A stretch of DNA of 64,000 nucleotides, taken from Chitinophaga sp. GTDB taxonomy: Bacteria > Bacteroidota > Bacteroidia > Chitinophagales > Chitinophagaceae. The stretch spans positions 14,150-78,149 of the forward strand of contig NZ_DASTRI010000001.1 in NCBI RefSeq assembly GCF_035761305.1, written 5' to 3'. The position numbers and the translations under genes are program-made. Positions 61,963-64,000 of this stretch are shown here, piece after piece. The notes beneath the pieces are model-generated. The model was not told the origin of the DNA, did no database searches, and worked only from the letters and a program-made list of their open reading frames with translations. Every line of letters starts with the position of its first letter. The first letter of the stretch is position 1.

Positions 61963-62709
61963 ATGCAAGCCATTATCGTGGATGATGAAAAGCACTGCCG
62001 TGATGTATTGGAGCTGCTTATTAACAAGCATTGCCCCGATATAACCATAGCAGCGGTTTGCGCAGACGGGCCAACCGCCCTGGAGGCTATTGAAAGGCAG
62101 CCCCCGGAGCTGCTTTTCCTGGACGTGGAAATGCCCGGCATGAACGGGTTTGAGCTGCTGGAAGCCTGCTCCAATCCCTCTTTCGCTGTTATTTTCACTA
62201 CTGCTTATGACCAGTATGCAATACGCGCCATCCGCCACAGTGCGCTGGATTTTCTTTTAAAACCTATAGATAAAGACGAGCTGCTGCGGGCCGTGGAAAA
62301 GGCGGCCTCCCGGAAAATGCTGCTTACGGGCAAAAAGCTCAATAACCTGTTAAACTTTTTGCATGAGCACCTGCAGGCCGGCGAGCGCCTGGCCCTGCCC
62401 ACGCTGGAAGGGCTGCGCATGGTGCTGCCCAGGGATGTGGTGTACTGCACGGCAGAAGGCGCTTATACCCGTTTGCAGCTGCAGAATGGGAAAACCCCGC
62501 CCCTGGTATGCCGCACGTTAAAGGAAGTGGAAGCGGTGCTGAAGGACAAAGGCTTTTTCCGTGTGCACCACAGCTACCTCATTAACCTGTCGTTTATGGA
62601 TAAATATATTAAGGGAGATGGCGGGGAAATTATTATGAGCGATGGCAGCTGCATACCGGTATCGCGCCAGCGTAAGCAGGAGTTTATGGCCAGGATAGAA
62701 AAGCTTTAA
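61963..62709 (+). CDS. LytR/AlgR (LytTR) family response regulator
   Basis: Receiver domain (IIVDDE, LLFLDVEMPGMNG) and C-terminal LytTR (FFRVHHSYLINL). Confidence 0.9.
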   Translation: MQAIIVDDEKHCRDVLELLINKHCPDITIAAVCADGPTALEAIERQPPELLFLDVEMPGMNGFELLEACSNPSFAVIFTTAYDQYAIRAIRHSALDFLLKPIDKDELLRAVEKAASRKMLLTGKKLNNLLNFLHEHLQAGERLALPTLEGLRMVLPRDVVYCTAEGAYTRLQLQNGKTPPLVCRTLKEVEAVLKDKGFFRVHHSYLINLSFMDKYIKGDGGEIIMSDGSCIPVSRQRKQEFMARIEKL

Positions 62710-62717
62710 CACGGCCG

Positions 62718-63482
62718 TCAAAGGCGTTTAACCGCATCGCAGGCTACCCAGCCGGTTTTACCATCTGCCAGCTGTACTTTACAATAATCGGCAGTAGCAT
62801 CCAGCACCTGTACCTTCATTCCTTCATTCAGCTCAAACAGGTCTTTTCCGTCCTGGTCAGGCGCTGCCTTGGCTTTTATACCGCTGTTCATAACAATGCC
62901 GGTGTGGTGGCTTTGCAGGCTGCTGTATGTGTAAACAGACATGAACAGGTATATAACAAACACTCCGCTTATAACGCCTATACCCACACGAACTGCGCGG
63001 TTATTAAAGCACGTGGTCAGCAGGTAGGCCAGCAGCCCAGCAATAAGCAGCCAGAAAAGGATAATGCTGCCTGTGGCCCAGCCGTTGGGCGTATGCAGGT
63101 GCTGCCACTGTATCCACCACCGCTGGAAGAACAGCAGGGGCAGCTCGTCGGTAAAACCCTGTACCCGCTGGTTGGCCAGGTCCAGGTTATGGCTTGCCGC
63201 CTCATTATCCGGGTTAAGCTGTAATGCTTTTTCGTAATTATAAATGGCCTGGCCCGTGCGGTTGCTTTTATAGTAGGCATTGCCGGCGTTAAAATACAGG
63301 TCTTCCAGCCGGTAGCCTTCATTAATCAGCTGCTGATATATACCGGCTGCCTCAGTGTACTTGTTTTGCTGGTACAGGGTGTTGGCCTTATCAAACTGTT
63401 GCTGCGGCGTAAGGTTTTGCGCCTGCAGGTTGTAGGCGCCCAGCAGCAGCAGTAACAAAATCATATGGCGTACAGCTCTCAT
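62718..63482 (-). CDS. batE: TPR repeat plus TM plus SH3-like domain protein (BatE-like)
   Basis: Signal peptide; two TPRs (YFNAGNAYYKSNRTGQAIYNYEKALQLNPDN); TM helices; C-terminal SH3b-like (KVQLADGKTGWV); 4-nt overlap with the upstream batD-like gene. Confidence 0.7.
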   Translation of the reverse strand: MRAVRHMILLLLLLGAYNLQAQNLTPQQQFDKANTLYQQNKYTEAAGIYQQLINEGYRLEDLYFNAGNAYYKSNRTGQAIYNYEKALQLNPDNEAASHNLDLANQRVQGFTDELPLLFFQRWWIQWQHLHTPNGWATGSIILFWLLIAGLLAYLLTTCFNNRAVRVGIGVISGVFVIYLFMSVYTYSSLQSHHTGIVMNSGIKAKAAPDQDGKDLFELNEGMKVQVLDATADYCKVQLADGKTGWVACDAVKRL

Positions 63483-64000
63483 ACTACTTGTTGCTTTGTT
63501 GTTTTCAACTGCTCATCCAGCTGGCTGATAACTTTTACGGCCTGCTGGTAGGTGCCCTGCATTTTATCGTTGCTGTGCATGGGCGCATACAGCGCCATTT
63601 CACAGTTATCGAGCAGGTCAAACAGCTGCATGGTATTTTCCCCGTTAATATGCTGGCCGGCCAGCCTGGTTTGTACCAGCTCTTTATTCAGGTCGGCAAA
63701 AGGTATCTGCAGCTTATGGCTCAGGTAACCCCAAACAGCGCGGGAAGTTTCTTCATAAAAGGCGCGTTCCTTTCCTTCTTTGAGGTACCGCGCGGCCAGC
63801 TCCAGCCGTTTTAAGGCGGCTTTATTGGCATAGCGGTGCCTGAGCAGGGCGGCATTATTTTGCTGGTAATGCAGGCGGCGCCGGTACAGGATGCCGGCTA
63901 CCAGGGCTGCCAACGGTACTACCAGCAGCAGCCAGTACCACCAGCTGCCCAGTATAAGGCCGTTGTCTTTCGTCCAGTGTTGCGGGCCCAGGTGCACCGG
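63479..64000 (-). CDS. batD: BatD-like (oxygen-tolerance family) protein, C-terminal part (partial, continues past window end)
   Basis: TM helix WWYWLLLVVPLAALVAGILY followed by a helical C-terminus; operon position before the batE-like gene; frame open to the window end. Confidence 0.55.
   Translation of the reverse strand, partial: PVHLGPQHWTKDNGLILGSWWYWLLLVVPLAALVAGILYRRRLHYQQNNAALLRHRYANKAALKRLELAARYLKEGKERAFYEETSRAVWGYLSHKLQIPFADLNKELVQTRLAGQHINGENTMQLFDLLDNCEMALYAPMHSNDKMQGTYQQAVKVISQLDEQLKTTKQQVV

Noticed and set aside
1-64000. Search for defence islands, toxin-antitoxin pairs, prophage, integrase, retron or DGR reverse transcriptase, tRNA or rRNA
   Set aside because: None of the translated ORFs shows nuclease, helicase, reverse transcriptase, integrase or phage structural motifs. 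No tRNA-like T-arm (GGTTCGAATCC-type) words were seen. The two GNAT genes lack adjacent antitoxin-like small genes.

Overview
The window looks like a chromosomal segment of a Bacteroidota genome, probably Chitinophagaceae-like. The indicators are SusC/SusD, GldH, BatD/BatE, TAnnTTTG -7 promoter boxes and mostly absent Shine-Dalgarno sites. It is densely coding, with about 58 CDS, mostly housekeeping: gltB (partial), mgsA, nifU-like, pnuC plus an NR-kinase-like ATPase, mtgA, tsaC, pepC, polA, pheS, lpxD, yicC, gldH and a futalosine-pathway radical-SAM enzyme. One accessory block is an alpha-glucan polysaccharide utilisation locus (22.5-34.1 kb): DUF6377 regulator, SusC, SusD, SusE/F-like, GH13, GH31. 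A four-protease cluster follows (34.2-39.1 kb). There are two OmpR-type two-component pairs, one LytS/LytTR pair and one orphan GAF-LytS-type kinase. I found no rRNA, tRNA, CRISPR array, integrase, prophage or recognisable defence system. The only mobile-element trace is a 31-codon transposase remnant. No convincing new multi-gene system is visible, so the candidates are ranked by what the sequence shows. (1) Two families of intergenic repeats sit at gene ends and even encode some gene C-termini and stop codons: long palindromes built from ATGTAAA heptamers (4 copies), and AATTACGAAT-type elements, one with perfect 24-bp terminal inverted repeats. (2) An uncharacterised DUF6377 transmembrane regulator sits where SusR normally is. 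(3) Tandem retropepsin-like proteases have internally duplicated DTG lobes, one of them fused to PDZ. (4) An arginase-fold protein has two substituted metal ligands. (5) Twin CRP-like palindromes lie in the mgsA/nifU divergent region. (6) There are several non-coding oddities: a C-poor 356-bp spacer and an AT-rich 580-bp spacer with a candidate small RNA. All functional calls rest on motif recognition by eye; no database search was run.
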